A stretch of 64,000 nucleotides of DNA. Source: Ranitomeya imitator (lineage: Eukaryota). The notes beneath the pieces are model-generated. The model had not been told where the DNA came from, did no database searches, and was given only the letters and a program-made list of their open reading frames with translations. Every line of letters starts with the position of its first letter. Positions within the stretch are counted from its first letter, which is position 1. Positions 11,584 through 24,305 of this stretch are shown piece by piece. A program made the translations under genes and the position numbers. The stretch is taken from NCBI RefSeq assembly GCF_032444005.1, contig NC_091286.1, forward strand, positions 19,344,001 through 19,408,000, written 5' to 3'.

Positions 11584-11954
11584 GGGTATGTGCACACGTC
11601 AGGATTTTTTCCTGACAAAATCCTGAGAATTCTGTCAGAAATCCGCGGGTTTTTTTTTGCGCGGATTTCTCGCGGAATTTGCATGGATTTTTTGCGGAAT
11701 TTTTGTGGATTTTTTTTTTTTCCCGGAATGTCCTTTTTGCTAGGAAATCCGCAAAAAGATAGAGCATGTCCGGATTTTTTGCGGTATGCGTTTTTTTTGC
11801 GGGAAAAAAACGCTTACATCTGCACAAAAACTGCGGAATGCATTCTAAATGATAGGATGCATAATTTTAGCGTTTTTTTATGCGGATTTATAGCGTTTTT
11901 ATAGCGAAATTCCGCAAAAAAAAACGCTAAAAATCCTGTTGTGTGCACATACCC
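11584..11954. mobile_element. PIF/Harbinger-type MITE
   Basis: TIR GGGTATGTGCACAC / GTGTGCACATACCC, flanks TCA / TGA; abuts the previous element. Confidence 0.85.
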
Positions 11955-12126
11955 TGAAAGTGGCATGTGTTTGTTTTTTTTACCAGAGTTTTTAAGCTAA
12001 AAAAAAACAACTTCCTCATACGAATATGAAAAGCAAAGTGGATTTTCCGTAATAAAGTGATGAGGAAGAAGTTTCCATATGTTGCTGAGGAGGATTTGCA
12101 ATAGAGTCCTTGTGAATGTAGCTTTA

Positions 12127-12256
12127 GGTTCAGTATTTGGTCTCTCCAAAACTAGGAGTGGGTGAAACATGCAGAAGTGGTGACTGACGTGTTTCTATTA
12201 CACTTTTCCTCCAATTGTCCCACTCCTGACCAAATGCTGAACATGTGGACATGGCC
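12127..12256. mobile_element. Degenerate short MITE (same family as 30384-30530)
   Basis: ttcagtatttggtc ... aggagtggg ... cccactcctg ... gaccaaatgctgaacatgtggacatggcc. Confidence 0.5.
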
Positions 12257-13980
12257 AGGGTCCTCAGCCTGTCCAGGTGAGTTCCTGTGTGATCCCAGGT
12301 GAGCTGATCACCTAGAAGGGCCCATTACTCCTTATATAAGAGTGATCGTTGGGTGGTGAAGGATCTGTGGTCTTCAGGGAAGTGCTGAGATTGACAAGGA
12401 CAATGTCTGGGGTGAAGAACACCATCCGTCTTCTTGTAGACCCTGCAAAGAAAGACTCCATCGGCCTGACTTACATCGTCTGTGTTATTCTGGAAGGTTT
12501 GGCCGGAATTTCCAAATCTGAGGTTTTTTGCTTGCAGGATTCTCCCAGGCGTGGTCTGTATGATATCACCTTCCACCATGGAAGTAGTTGTCTTAGTTTC
12601 CTTGCCTGTCTGAAAAGCCACAAGAGGAAGTCCGTTTTGGAGCACATCAAGTTTTTCCCACTCTTTGGGATGCGAGAGAGGCCCATGATCGTGCACATGT
12701 TCAACCCTCACGCTGACATTGAGGTGGTGATGACCTACCTGGAACAATACTGCGATTCTGTACGTGGCGGCGTCAAGCAGCGGAATGTCTTTGGTATCTT
12801 TAATGGGAAGTATAAGTTGTGGGTCTGTCTGAAGTTTGAGCCGCTCTATACGTCTGGCATAAAGCACCCTCCAGCAAACTTCTCCATTGCGGGTAATCAA
12901 GGTTTTCTGATGTATCATGGGCAGCCGAGCTCCCACAAGAAGCTCCAACCCTCTGGCTATTGTCCTTTTGAGAAGATATGTCGTAGCTGTGGACAGCTAT
13001 CTCATGATGGTGGTGACCCTAACGAATGCGATATATGTGGACTGGTGGGGAATCTAAGACTTAATGGTGAGCAAGAAACCATGATGGAACATGAGACTTC
13101 AATGGAGGATGAGACCCCAGAAGCCCACCCTACTAAGATAAGCAGACATGATGGTGCACTGGTGACTGTTGCAGGAAGGGAAACCACCGCTAACTGAGGA
13201 CCTGATCGATGATGGGGATGGTTTATCCTTCAGGTAGGAATATGCTTCTCCATATGTAGGAGGGATGAGAGGCGGCCAATGCAAGAGTTATGGTTGGCAG
13301 ATAGAGGTGAGCGTGTTCTGATCTGTTATATCAAGAAGTTGTGACAAACTTGTTTATTTAGAAGCCTAGGAAGTAATCTGGATAAGTCTTCTAATGGGTC
13401 AATGGGGGGGTTCTGACTTAGTTGACTTGATATTTGGGCCTGAGCTGGTCTAAAGATGCTGCTGAACTGTGCGGTTTCAGTCTTGCACTATTGTTTTTTT
13501 ATTTATTTTTTTACTTTATTTTTCTGACTCCACATAGAAGCCTCCCAAGAAAAGGGAAAAAAAAAAAAAACCTGCAGAAACTAATCTCTCCTATAAGATA
13601 AATAGCAGCTTTACATCTGCACCAGAAACTTGTCAAATAAGTGGTGGCCTTAAACAAAAAAAAAAAAAAAGAAAAAAAAAAAATACATACTGTTTGGAGG
13701 TGATCCTGTATGGGGGGCACCGGCGGGCTGATGGTCTATGTGCTGGTAACTGAGGGTGAGCGATGGCGCTGACATCTTGTACATTTTGTCTCCTTAGAGT
13801 CCTTCACGTAAAGTTCCCTCAAGAATGGAAGAGCTGGAGAATCTCTGGGGTTCTGACAGATGATAAAAAAAATTTACTGATTATTTTTTGCGTTATTTAC
13901 TTTTATGATAAAATGTTTTGATTTTAATTTTCAACATTCAGCTTGTAACTTGGTGATTTTTGTCTTTAAAAATAAAAACC
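12257..13980 (+). mobile_element. Internally deleted L1/Tx1-clade non-LTR retrotransposon (ORF1 retained, ORF2 essentially absent)
   Basis: ORF1-like protein followed by T-rich 3' sequence ending in AATAAAAA ~13971-13978; boundaries approximate. Confidence 0.55.
12349..13197 (+). CDS. Tx1/L1-type ORF1 (ZCCHC3-like nucleic-acid-binding protein), partly degenerate zinc knuckles
   Basis: 282 aa ORF with family-like motifs: VFCLQD...YDITF, VHMFNP, FGIFNGKY, HPPANFSIAGNQGFLMYHGQP, CRSCGQLSH. Confidence 0.75.
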   Translation: MGGEGSVVFREVLRLTRTMSGVKNTIRLLVDPAKKDSIGLTYIVCVILEGLAGISKSEVFCLQDSPRRGLYDITFHHGSSCLSFLACLKSHKRKSVLEHIKFFPLFGMRERPMIVHMFNPHADIEVVMTYLEQYCDSVRGGVKQRNVFGIFNGKYKLWVCLKFEPLYTSGIKHPPANFSIAGNQGFLMYHGQPSSHKKLQPSGYCPFEKICRSCGQLSHDGGDPNECDICGLVGNLRLNGEQETMMEHETSMEDETPEAHPTKISRHDGALVTVAGRETTAN

Positions 13981-14346
13981 AGGAGTTGAGCTATAGTGAG
14001 TCTGGCTTAATATGTTCTTGGAGGTCTTTTTACCAGGTCTAAGTGGCCAGATCTTCATCTCCATTTATTTATTTTTTTTCTTAAATCCACCACATGGATA
14101 CAGCGATGTGGGACCTTGTCTAGTGCCTGTTAATGTCCTCTGGGGTGTGGCTGATGGGATCCTCTGGGGTGTGGCTGATGGGATCCTCTGGGGTGTGTCT
14201 TTTTGCGGCTCTGAATCACCATTTGAGCCATACCCCCTTGGTGAAGGCCATACAAATCTGCACTAATTAACCTCCTATGTCTCAGACAGTGATTTTAATA
14301 TAAATTGGATGCTTCATACCACCTTGGTGTGGCCAAAAAAGTGTTG

Positions 14347-15111
14347 GGCTGTGTGCACACGTTCAGGATTTTTTATTTTTTTTATTTTTTTTTTTTGGCT
14401 ATAGAACCGCGAAAAATGCATACATTAAGCATCCTATTAGAATGCAAATTTGCAATTTTTGTGCACATGTTGGTTTTGTTTTTTTTTTTTTTTTTTTTTT
14501 TTCTGCGGCGGAATCTCATTCCAGAAAAAAAAAAAACGCAGCATGTTTATTCTTTGTGCGGAATCGTGGGGATTCTGCACAAATAGGAATGCATTGATCC
14601 GCTTACTTTCCGCATGTGGCTATGCCCACCATGCGGGAAGTAAGTGGATCATGTGTGGTTGGTACCCAGGGTGGAGGAGAGAAGACTCTCCTCCAGGCCC
14701 TGGGAACCATATAATTGAGATATATTCTCACCTGGCATCCCCAGCAGCCTTCCTGATGCTCCCATTCCCAATAAAGCCTTGCGGCAATGGCCTGTGATGG
14801 CGTAGCGGTCATCATCATCATCATCCATCAATCAGTCATTCTCGCAATGCATTATTGGGAGCGCTGCTGGGGATGCCGGAAGGTGAGAATATCACGATTT
14901 TTTTATTTTTAACATTATCTTTTACTATTGATGCTGCATAGGCAGCATCAATAGTAAAAAGTTGGTCACACTTGTCAATCAGTTTTCCAAGTGCTTCAAA
15001 TCGCTTGTAAAGCGCTAGCGTTTAGCGGGAATAGGCATGCCAACTCCGCATGCGTCTTTCCCACAGCCGGAGTTGCAGAATTGCTGCAATTCCGGACGTG
15101 TGCACATAGCT
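14347..15111. mobile_element. PIF/Harbinger-type non-autonomous element
   Basis: Ends GGCTGTGTGCACACG / CGTGTGCACATAGC; internal GCGG/CCGC-rich motifs; internal hairpin module 14882-14971. Confidence 0.7.
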
Positions 15112-15639
15112 TTATATAGATTTTACACACTTGTACCTTTTTAAAAAAAAAAAAAAAAAAAATTCTTTTTTTTTTTTCTTTTTCATTCATCCCAGGCTCT
15201 GACAATTCTGGATTTTACAGTAGCCAGAGGATTGAGAATGGGAAGGTGTGCTGAACTGAAAGCCAAGCGTGCACAGATCGCCTGTGCTTGGTATGAACAT
15301 CCGTTTTTCAACTAACGCGTTGTACCATAGCTTGAATATCAAAGGTTAGAAAGTTTTCATGTAGCTGTACGACCTGTTCATTCATTCCCACCCCTTCCTC
15401 CCTCCATTATGGCTGGTGCCTTTTTGAGTTGGTGCGCGGTTTGGTCCTGGTGCTGTGCAGCTGGGGTTTTATGTAATACATTCCCAGTAGTGTTAGGAGC
15501 TCCTCTACCAAGAAAGGTAAAAGAAGTTTATCAGTTTTGAGACTCTAGCAGTGGCTAAATGAAACCTTCTATAGTGTCCTCCCTTATACACTGCACGATA
15601 TTGAAACTGCAACACCGAAAAGGAAAGTTGTGGAGGCAA

Positions 15640-15860
15640 TTGGTCACTCAGGGTTTTATTTAGGGGTATCAGACTACAGAGGGGCTGAATACAAATGCAC
15701 CTAATAACTTTAAAATAATTAGAAAACCGTGCATTTACTTCTCAAATACTTGATCCTTGGTGTTGATATCACAAAATATATATATATATTACATACATAC
15801 ACTGTGTGGGAGTAAAGTGAACTGTTCATGGGGTATGCGTAGTCTTTCAAAGCACTATCT
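15640..15860 (+). mobile_element. Old Tc1/mariner 3' end fragment
   Basis: aggggtatcaga...gggggctgaatacaaatgcac...ggggtatg...ctttc...gcact resembles a Tc1 right end; degenerate. Confidence 0.4.
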
Positions 15861-16249
15861 TTATATAAAAAAAAAAAAAATTACTGGATGTTTTAGAAAA
15901 TGTATAATCCTCCTCATGTGTCATTACGGATTATTCATTACACAGCTGATTTTGTTATTTTCTTGGTCTGTTCCCCTGTAAGTTCTGACCGCTCTCTATG
16001 CATCTGTGGGAGAACCAAGGCAAATGTTCCCAGTTTTTATTCTGGTGCCACAAAATGCAAGCGCCTGAATAAACGATGGTGAATCTGTCCTGGGAGCGGT
16101 CATGTGGCCATCAAAGTTAAAATGTAGCTGTCAAACTGCCCTGTGTACTGAGGAATAACAATCTTTCTGGCCATTGTAACACTGGGATCCTGCATTTTTT
16201 ACCAGTTTCCCCTCTGCAGGCTCTATCTCCTAATTATTGGTGTAGACTA

Positions 16250-17829
16250 CAGGTCCTTCTCAAAAAATTAGCATATAGTGTTAAATTTCATTATTTACCA
16301 TAATGTAATGATTACAATTAAACTTTCATATATTATAGATTCATTATCCACCAACTGAAATTTGTCAGGTCTTTTATTGTTTTAATACTGATGATTTTGG
16401 CATACAACTCCTGATAACCCAAAAAACCTGTCTCAATAAATTAGCATATCAAGAAAAGGTTCTCTAAACGACCTATTACCCTAATCTTCTGAATCAACTA
16501 ATTAACTCTAAACACATGCAAAAGATACCTGAGGCTTTAATAAACTCCCTGCCTGGTTCATTACTCAAAACCCCCATCATGGGTAAGACTAGCGACCTGA
16601 CAGATGTCAAGAAGGCCATCATTGACACCCTCAAGCAAGAGGGTAAGACCCAGAAAGAAATTTCTCAACAAATAGGCTGTTCCCAGAGTGCTGTATCAAG
16701 GCACCTCAATGGTAAGTCTGTTGGAAGGAAACAATGTGGCAGAAAACGCTGTACAACGAGAAGAGGAGACCGGACCCTGAGGAAGATTGTGGAGAAGGAG
16801 CGATTCCAGACCTTGGGGAACCTGAGGAAGCAGTGGACTGAGTCTGGTGTGGAAACATCCAGAGCCACCGTGCACAGGCGTGTGCAGGAAATGGGCTACA
16901 GGTGCCGCATTCCCCAGGTAAAGCCACTTTTGAGCTACAGAGAAGCAGCACTGGACTGTTGATAAGTGGTCCCAAGTACTTTTTTCTGATGAAAGCAAAT
17001 TTTGCATGTCATTCGGAAATCAAGGTGCCAGAGTCTGGAGGAAGACTGGGGAGAAGGAAATGCCAAAATGCCTGAAGTCCAGTGTCAAGTACCCACAGTC
17101 AGTGATGGTGTGGGGTGCCATGTCAGCTGCTGGTGTTGGTCCACTGTGTTTCATCAAGGGCAGGGTCAATGCAGCTAGCTATCAGGAGATTTTGGAGCAC
17201 TTCATGCTTCCATCGGCTGAAATGCTTTATGGAGATGAAGATTTCATTTTTCAGCACGACCTGGCACCTGCTCACAGTGCCAAAACCACTGGTAAATGGT
17301 TTACTGACCATGGTATTACTGTGCTCAATTGGCCTGCCAACTCTCCTGACCTGAACCCCATAGAGAATCTGTGGGATATTGTGAAGAGAAAGTTGAGAGA
17401 CGCAAGACCCAACACTCTGGATGAGCTTAAGGCCACTATTGAAGCATCCTGGGCCTCCATAACATCTCAGCAGTGTCACAGGCTGATTGCCTCCATGCCA
17501 CGCCGCATTGAAGCAGTCATTTCTGCCAAAGGATTCCCCACCAAGTATTGAGTGCATAACTGAACATTATTATTTGATGGTTTTTTTGTTTGTAATTAAA
17601 AAACACTTTTATTTGATTGGATGGGTGAAATATGCTAATTTATTGAGACAGGTTTTTTGGGTTATCAGGAGTTGTATGCCAAAATCATCAGTATTAAAAC
17701 AATAAAAGAGCTGACAAATTTCAGTTGGTGGATAATGAATCTATAATATATGAAAGTTTAATTGTAATCATTACATTATGGTAAATAATGAAATTTAACA
17801 CTATATGCTAATTTTTTGAGAAGGACCTG
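16250..17829 (+). mobile_element. Tc1 transposon, IR/DR type, ~200 bp TIRs, TA TSD
   Basis: TA|CAGGTCCTTCTCAAAAAATTAGCATAT ... ATATGCTAATTTTTTGAGAAGGACCTG|TA. TIRs nearly identical (one mismatch seen). Repeat AAATTAGCATAT at outer and inner TIR ends. Confidence 0.97.
16579..17551 (+). pseudogene. Tc1 transposase (DD34E), frameshifted near 16933
   Basis: MGKTSDLTD...HTH region, then in the second frame WSQVLFSDESKF, FQHDLAPAH, WPANSPDLNPIENLW; 34 residues between second D and E. Confidence 0.93.
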
Positions 17830-18052
17830 TAGCTGCCATGGTGCCTTCCATATGCAGCACATGCTAACCATGGAGGACATTATACAGCCGTACTGAGCTG
17901 TACAACTGGGAATCCATCTGGCTCTGGAGAGTGCTAAATGATTGCTATAAAGAAGCGGAAAATATATACCACAGTACTGAGCACTGTATCTGGGGCTCTG
18001 AGGTGAGATAAAACACTAGAAAGAATCAACAGAATATAGGATATCCTGTAAG

Positions 18053-18578
18053 TGCGCTGTTCCATGTATATTCCTCAGTTTCCATGTACGTTGTTATATT
18101 TTACTCTGCTGCCACCCAATGGCCTTTTTCTGTATGGCAGCTTGTTTTTCATGTATTTCTTGTGGGCATGTCTTGCATCCGGTTCAGGGGTCAAATCTTC
18201 TCTTCCTCTGGCAACCATTTCCAGTTTACTTTCTGTTGTGAGAGGACGTGCTTTTGAACTGGGCTTAGGAAGGCATCAGTCTTTCGACCACTCTCTCATG
18301 CTGCTCACACTTGCAGACACACTTGGTGCTACATCTTACTGTACCCTGTCTACCCTGCATTTCTGGAGAAGTTCTGTATTACCAGTTATACGCTGTATGT
18401 CCAGATCTACAAAATAAACAAGTCTGGATTACACAATCCCTGGAGTGCATCATCTCTCTGGACGCTGAGCAGCATTGGTCCTGTCTGCCTCATATCGAGG
18501 AAATACGAAGGTACGATTATCTCTCACAACTCTTATTAGTCTGCGACACCTTCATTCGCCTCATGTGGGGACAGAACA
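18053..18578 (+). repeat. 5' LTR of BEL/Pao element (526 bp)
   Basis: Direct repeat of 24555-25082; about 7 substitutions and one 2-bp indel counted by eye. Confidence 0.95.
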
Positions 18579-18677
18579 GTCGAAAGACTGCCTTGAAGCC
18601 CGGCCAGAATCACCCTTATATCACTATTCACGTGCCCGCTCTCTGCCCGCTCACATACTGCAGCCCTGCTCTGCTAA

Positions 18678-18938
18678 GGCTACGTTCACATTGGCGTTCC
18701 GCCAATGTGCGTCGCTGTTGCGCCGGCGACGCAGCGGCGACGCGCCCCTATGTTTAACATAGGGGACGCGTGCATTTTTAGGGTGGCGTTTCTCGACACT
18801 TGCGTCGTTTCCGACGCTAGCGTCGGACGCAAGAAAATGCAACAAGTTGCATTTTCTGTGCGTCCGATTTTGGTCAAAAAACGACGCACGCGTCGCAAAA
18901 CGCGCGCAGGGCGGCGCAACGCTAGTGTGAACGTAGCC
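18678..18938. mobile_element. PIF/Harbinger MITE inserted in the BEL 5' leader
   Basis: TAA|GGCTACGTTCACA ... TGTGAACGTAGCC|TAA. Confidence 0.93.
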
Positions 18939-19156
18939 TAAGAAATCTCCTGCAGCATCACCTCAGACTGCATTGTACATAAAGACTCTCTGTGTATTAT
19001 ACCACACTGCTGCAGATCGTCGGACCGCAGAACCCCACAATTCTCCAACAACACCTTGGGAATCTTATCAGGGGGTCGCAACTAAGCTGCACCGCAATTT
19101 CCAGCCCCCAATTTAAAGGTTCAGTTTCTTAAAGGGACAGCGCACCTTAAATCAAA

Positions 19157-22100
19157 ATGGCCGAAAAGGACCTTCCACAGTTCCCCAATGCTGAAACAGA
19201 GCAAATACAACCTGATACTGTCCATTATGAAGACCAGGAAGCGGAGCCCGCTTCCACAGCAGACCCAGATGCACGACCAGTACGTTCCATCAAGCCAACA
19301 TTAAAGGTCCTCGAGAATTACTGTTCCACAAGGGATGAGTTCAATGACAACTTGGACGACCTATGGGAACGAGTCGCCTCCCTTATGTCAAGCGTCCAAC
19401 GCCATAAAAATGATGCAGCGGGTTTACAGGACACTATAAGACAGCTAGACGTGGCCCACGGCAGATACAAGAGACTGTCCACAAAGTATGCTGCCTTCCT
19501 AAAAGAATCTAAAATCGACGAAGCCCTATCAGAGTTAAGCAAGGCAGATTCCACAGACAGAGAAAGGGACGCCGCCGTGCAAGACGCCAAAGATAAAGCG
19601 GAGCTTCGTATCACCCATCTGCAAGAAACTAGATCGCACAGGTCAGCCTCGTCTAAACACTCTGCTCGGTCATACAAATCATCCTGCTCAAGAACTTCAG
19701 CCCTCAGCGACAGAATCCTAGAGGCCCGTTTAAATGCAGAGCGGTCGAAACTAAGACGTTCATACACCGAAAAGAAAGCAGAAGCAGAGGCTCGAGCAAA
19801 GATTCTTCAAACAGAAGCAGAAGCGAAGAGAGCAGAAGCAGAGGCTCGAGCAAAGATTCTTCAAACAGAAGCAGAAGCGAAGAGAGCAGAAGCAGAGGCT
19901 CGAGCAAAGATTCTTCAAACAGAAGCAGAAGCGAAGAGAGCAGAAGCAGAGGCTCGAGCAAAGATTCTTCAAACAGAAGCAGAGGCTCAAGCAAGGATTC
20001 TTCAAACAGAAATGGAGGAAGAAATTGCATTAGCCGAAGTAAAAATACTCGAGCAAGCATTGAAGCAAAACCTCGACCCAATTTGCCTGCCACCACAGGA
20101 AGAAGATGACCCAGCTGTTCGTACCAGAGACTACGTGCAGAAACAGATACCTGCAGCGCACACCTTCTCCAGTGACGTTCAACCCAACATTGCGGAAACG
20201 TCCAAGTCAGCCCAACCTATGGTGCCAGTATCGCCCACAGCCCCTACAGAGACCCAAGACCAACGCCGTGATGTACCCCCTCAGGAGCAATCATCATCGC
20301 AAGACGACCACAAGGCACACTCCAGCCCGCCTCCACAGTTCAAGCAGCAGTCATCGGAATCTCTAGAGGTTAAACCACAGCTCAACCCTGCAGCGACATC
20401 ATTCTACCCGGGAACAATTCACCTTTCCACGCCACACAGCTTATACGCCCGAGGGGCACCACAAGCTAATATGGTAACAAGGAGTGAAGGATCAGACATG
20501 TCCGAGTTTGCCAGGTTCATGGTGAGCAGGGAGCTAATCAGCACTAGCCTCTCAAAATTCGACGACCGTGCAGAGAACTACAGAGCCTGGAAAGCAACCT
20601 TCAAGGCTGCCATTGCTGATCTCAACCTATCCGTGGAGCAGGAGCTCGACCTCATGGTAAAATGGTTGGGTCCTGAATCCACAAACCGTATCAAGAGTCT
20701 TAGGACCGTCTATGTGGGGCAAGCTGAAGCAGGTCTCGCTGCTGCCTGGCAGAGACTCGAAAGAACCTACGGCAGCGCTGAAGCCATAGAAAAGTCCCTA
20801 TTCAAGAGACTGCAGAACGTTCCAAGGATCAACCTTAAGGAAGCCCACAAGCTTCTGGACTTAAGTGATCTGCTTATGGAGCTGGAACTTGCTAAAAGAG
20901 ACCCTCGTCTGTCATGACTGTGCTACCTGGACACTGCCCATGGGGTGAACCCAATCGTCTCAAAGCTGCTACATAGTCTGCAAGAGAAGTGGGCAGTGTG
21001 TGTCTCCAGGTATAAAAGGTCACATGACGTCACCTTTCCTCCGTTCATTCAGTTCTGCAAGTTCATTGACGAACAAGCCCAAATGAGGAACGACCCTAGC
21101 CTCGACTTCCTGGAGTCTAACACTGCAGCTCCAGCAACACCTTCATCAAGGTATGAAAGCGTCGCACATAGACGCAAGGACTCAAGGAACAGTGTAAGCA
21201 TCAGAAAGACTAACCTGCCATCACCTGCAGTACCTGCCGACAAGCAGTACACTATTCCGTCGAGGGATAAGTCTTTCAATCGTGAGTGTCCCATTCACAA
21301 AAAACCACACTCACTGAACAAATGTAGAGGCTTCAGGTCCAAAACCATGCAGGAGCGCAAGAAAATCCTCAACGAACTTGGGGTATGTTTCAAGTGCTGC
21401 GCTTCATCAGAACACATGGCCAAGGACTGTAAATCTGCCATTAAGTGTGAAGTGTCATAGCGACAGACACCCATCAGCCTTGCACCCAGGCTCAGCCACC
21501 AGCGATCCAGCAGTCGCAGTTACCTCTGGTCCCGCTACAAACCATGGCGGGGAGCCACAGAATCACGCCAAGTCCACCACAGCTGTGTCCTGCTCATGCT
21601 CAGAGGTATGTGGGGAGAATCAAAGTGCTAAATGCTGTGCCAGGATATGCCTAATCAGAGTCTATCCAGAAGGGCAACCAGAGAAGGCTGTAAAAATGTA
21701 TGCCATCATTGACGATCAGAGCAATCGATCCCTAGCTGGACCTAAGTTCTTTGAAGCCTTTAGAATCAAGGGACCAGCAACGCCCTACACTCTGAATACT
21801 TGCTCGGGGCGCATAGAGACTAGCGGCAGAAGAGCACAAGGTTTCATCGCTTCTCCTGTCAATGAAGACGTAGAAATACCCCTAACTACGCTAATTGAAT
21901 GCGATCAAATACCAGACCAAAGGGATGAGATCCCTACCCCAGAAGCTGCTTTCCACCAACCACACTTAAGGCACCTAGCCAGCGTTATCCCACCTTTGGA
22001 CACAGATGCTGAAATCCTACTTCTGCTCGGCAGAGACAATTTGAGGATACATAAGGTCCGCCAACAGTGTAATGGTCCTGACTACGCCCCCTACGCCCAG

Positions 22101-24305
22101 AGACTTGACTTGGGGTGGGTAGTCATAGGAAATGTATGCTTGGACCAAACAGGAGTCCACTCCTTTAAGACGTACGTACGCCGAGACGGGCGCACTACCT
22201 TCTGCAAACCATGTCCTCATCACTATGAGGTGAAGGAAAAGCTTCCAGATTCCGTAGAGCTGCCTGATGTTATCCCTTCTCCCTATGCAGACGACTTGGG
22301 AAAATTGGTGTTTCATACCACTAAGGATGACAACAAAGTAGCCCCATCTATGGAAGACAAGGAATTTGTCAGGATAATGGACAATGAGTTCCTTAAGGAC
22401 GAAACCAATCACTGGGTTTTCCCCTTACCCTTCCGAGCTACCAGGGTAAGGCTCCCGAACAATCGTGAACAAGCCTTGTCCAGATTTAACTCTCTCCAGC
22501 GCACGCTAAGCAATAAACCGGAGATGAAAGAACACATTGTCACCTTTATGGGCAAAATATTCCATAACAACCATGTGGAGCCAGCGTCTCCCTTAAAGGA
22601 AAACGAGGAGTGCTGGTACCTACCCTCATTTGGAGTATATCACCCGAAGAAACCTAAACAAATTAGAGTTGTCTTTGATTCAAGCGCCAAACATCAAGGC
22701 GTATCTCTCAATGATGTCCTCCTCACAGGTCCTAATCTGACAAACAACTTAGTAGGAGTGTTGATGAGGTTCAGGAAAGAGCCCATTGCCATCACCGCCG
22801 ACATTGAACAGATGTTCCACTGTTTCATAGTCCGAGAGGACCACAGGAATTTCCTCAGGTTCCTGTGGTACAAGGACAATGACCCCAGCAAAGAGATGGT
22901 GGAGTATCGCATGCGGGTGCACGTATTCGGGAACAGCCCTTCACCCGCTGTGGCAACATATGGCCTGCGGAGAACCGCACAAGAAGGAGAGTCCGAGTAT
23001 GGAACAGACGCCAGAGACTTTGTAGAGAAAGACTTCTACGTAGATGATGGACTAAAATCTCTACCTACAGAAGAAGCTGCAATCGACCTACTCAAAAGGA
23101 CCCAACATATGCTGTACCGAGCTAAGCTTAGACTGCACAAAATTGCTTCAAACAGCCCGGCTGTCATGAGAGCCTTTGAGTCAAGCGACCACGCACCTGG
23201 ATTCAAGGACATAGACCTGGGACCAGACCGTCCGCCTGTGCAGAGAAGCTTAGGCCTGAGGTGGAACCTGTCAGCCGACACCTTCGGATTCCAAATCAAC
23301 TGTGCAGACAAACCATTCACTAAACGTGGTGTCCTGTCAGTGGTAAATAGCCTGTATGACCCACTGGGATTCGTAGCACCAATTACCATACAAGGTAAAT
23401 CCCTTCTGAGACAGTTGTCCGAAACTGTCAAGGACTGGGATACCCCTCTACCTCCTGATAAGGAACCAAAATGGGAAACCTGGAAGCAGTCTTTGTGTGC
23501 CTTGGATAAAATCCATATACCGAGATGCTACGCTGGAATCTCACTTGCTGCTAGCACCAGGACGGAACTCCATGTGTTCTCGGATGCATCCACGGAGGCC
23601 ATTGCAGCTGTTGTCTACCTGAAGGTAACGGGATCTGACAATCAAGATCATGTTGGGTTCGTTTTCGGCAAAGCTAAGTTGGCTCCCAAGCCTGACCACA
23701 CTATTCCCAGGCTGGAACTCTGTGGGGCTGTGCTTGCAGTAGAACTCGCAGACTTTATTCAGCATGAGCTGGACACTCACATAGATGACGTACAATACTA
23801 CAGTGACAGTAAAGTTGTCTTAGGTTACATCTACAACCAAACAAGGCGCTTCTACATGTACGTCAGTAACCGCATTGAGAGAATAAGAAGGTCTTCCAAA
23901 CCTGAACAGTGGCACTATATCCCATCTGAACTTAATCCAGCCGACCATGCCACTAGACCTATGTCTATAAATTCCTTTGCTAACTCTTCTTGGCTTTCAG
24001 GTCCAAAGTTTCTGCTGGAACAGAAGGGAAGTGAATGTGTTCAGGAAGTCTTCAGCATCCAGGATCCGGACGATGATCCAGAAGTCCGCTCCGAGGTCAG
24101 TGCTCTGGCCACGAACGCTAAACCAACCTCCTCCCTCGGTTGCCAGTGCTTCAAACGCTTCTCCAATTGGATGAAACTCATTAAGACTATTGCAAGGTTA
24201 GTCCACATTGCGAGATCTTATCACAAGCCACATGGAGACAAAGACTGTCATGGTTGGCACGTCTGCCAAAAAATACTCACTATCGAGGACATTCCGGTAG
24301 GATAA
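19157..24305 (+). pseudogene. BEL/Pao gag-pol polyprotein, disrupted
   Basis: Gag with zinc knuckles (CPIHKKPHSLNKC, CFKCCASSEHMAKDC), protease YAIIDDQS, RT FYVDDGL, RNase H HVFSDAS / KAKLAP. In-frame TGA at 20915-20917, frameshift ~21450, truncation after RNase H. Confidence 0.93.

Noticed and set aside
11500-11904. Overlapping ORFs on both strands here and in the MITEs at 18651-18941 and 36285-36734
   Set aside because: Low-complexity palindromic MITE sequence with no protein motifs
12083-14000. 7SL-RNA-like words flanking the Tx1 remnant (GCTGAGG..AGGAT..GAGTCC and CCAGGAGTT..GCTATAGTG), suggesting target-specific insertion
   Set aside because: Matches are only ~25 bp, gapped and do not extend; AAAACCAGGAGT is also part of a local MITE family, and a MITE lies between the left match and the element
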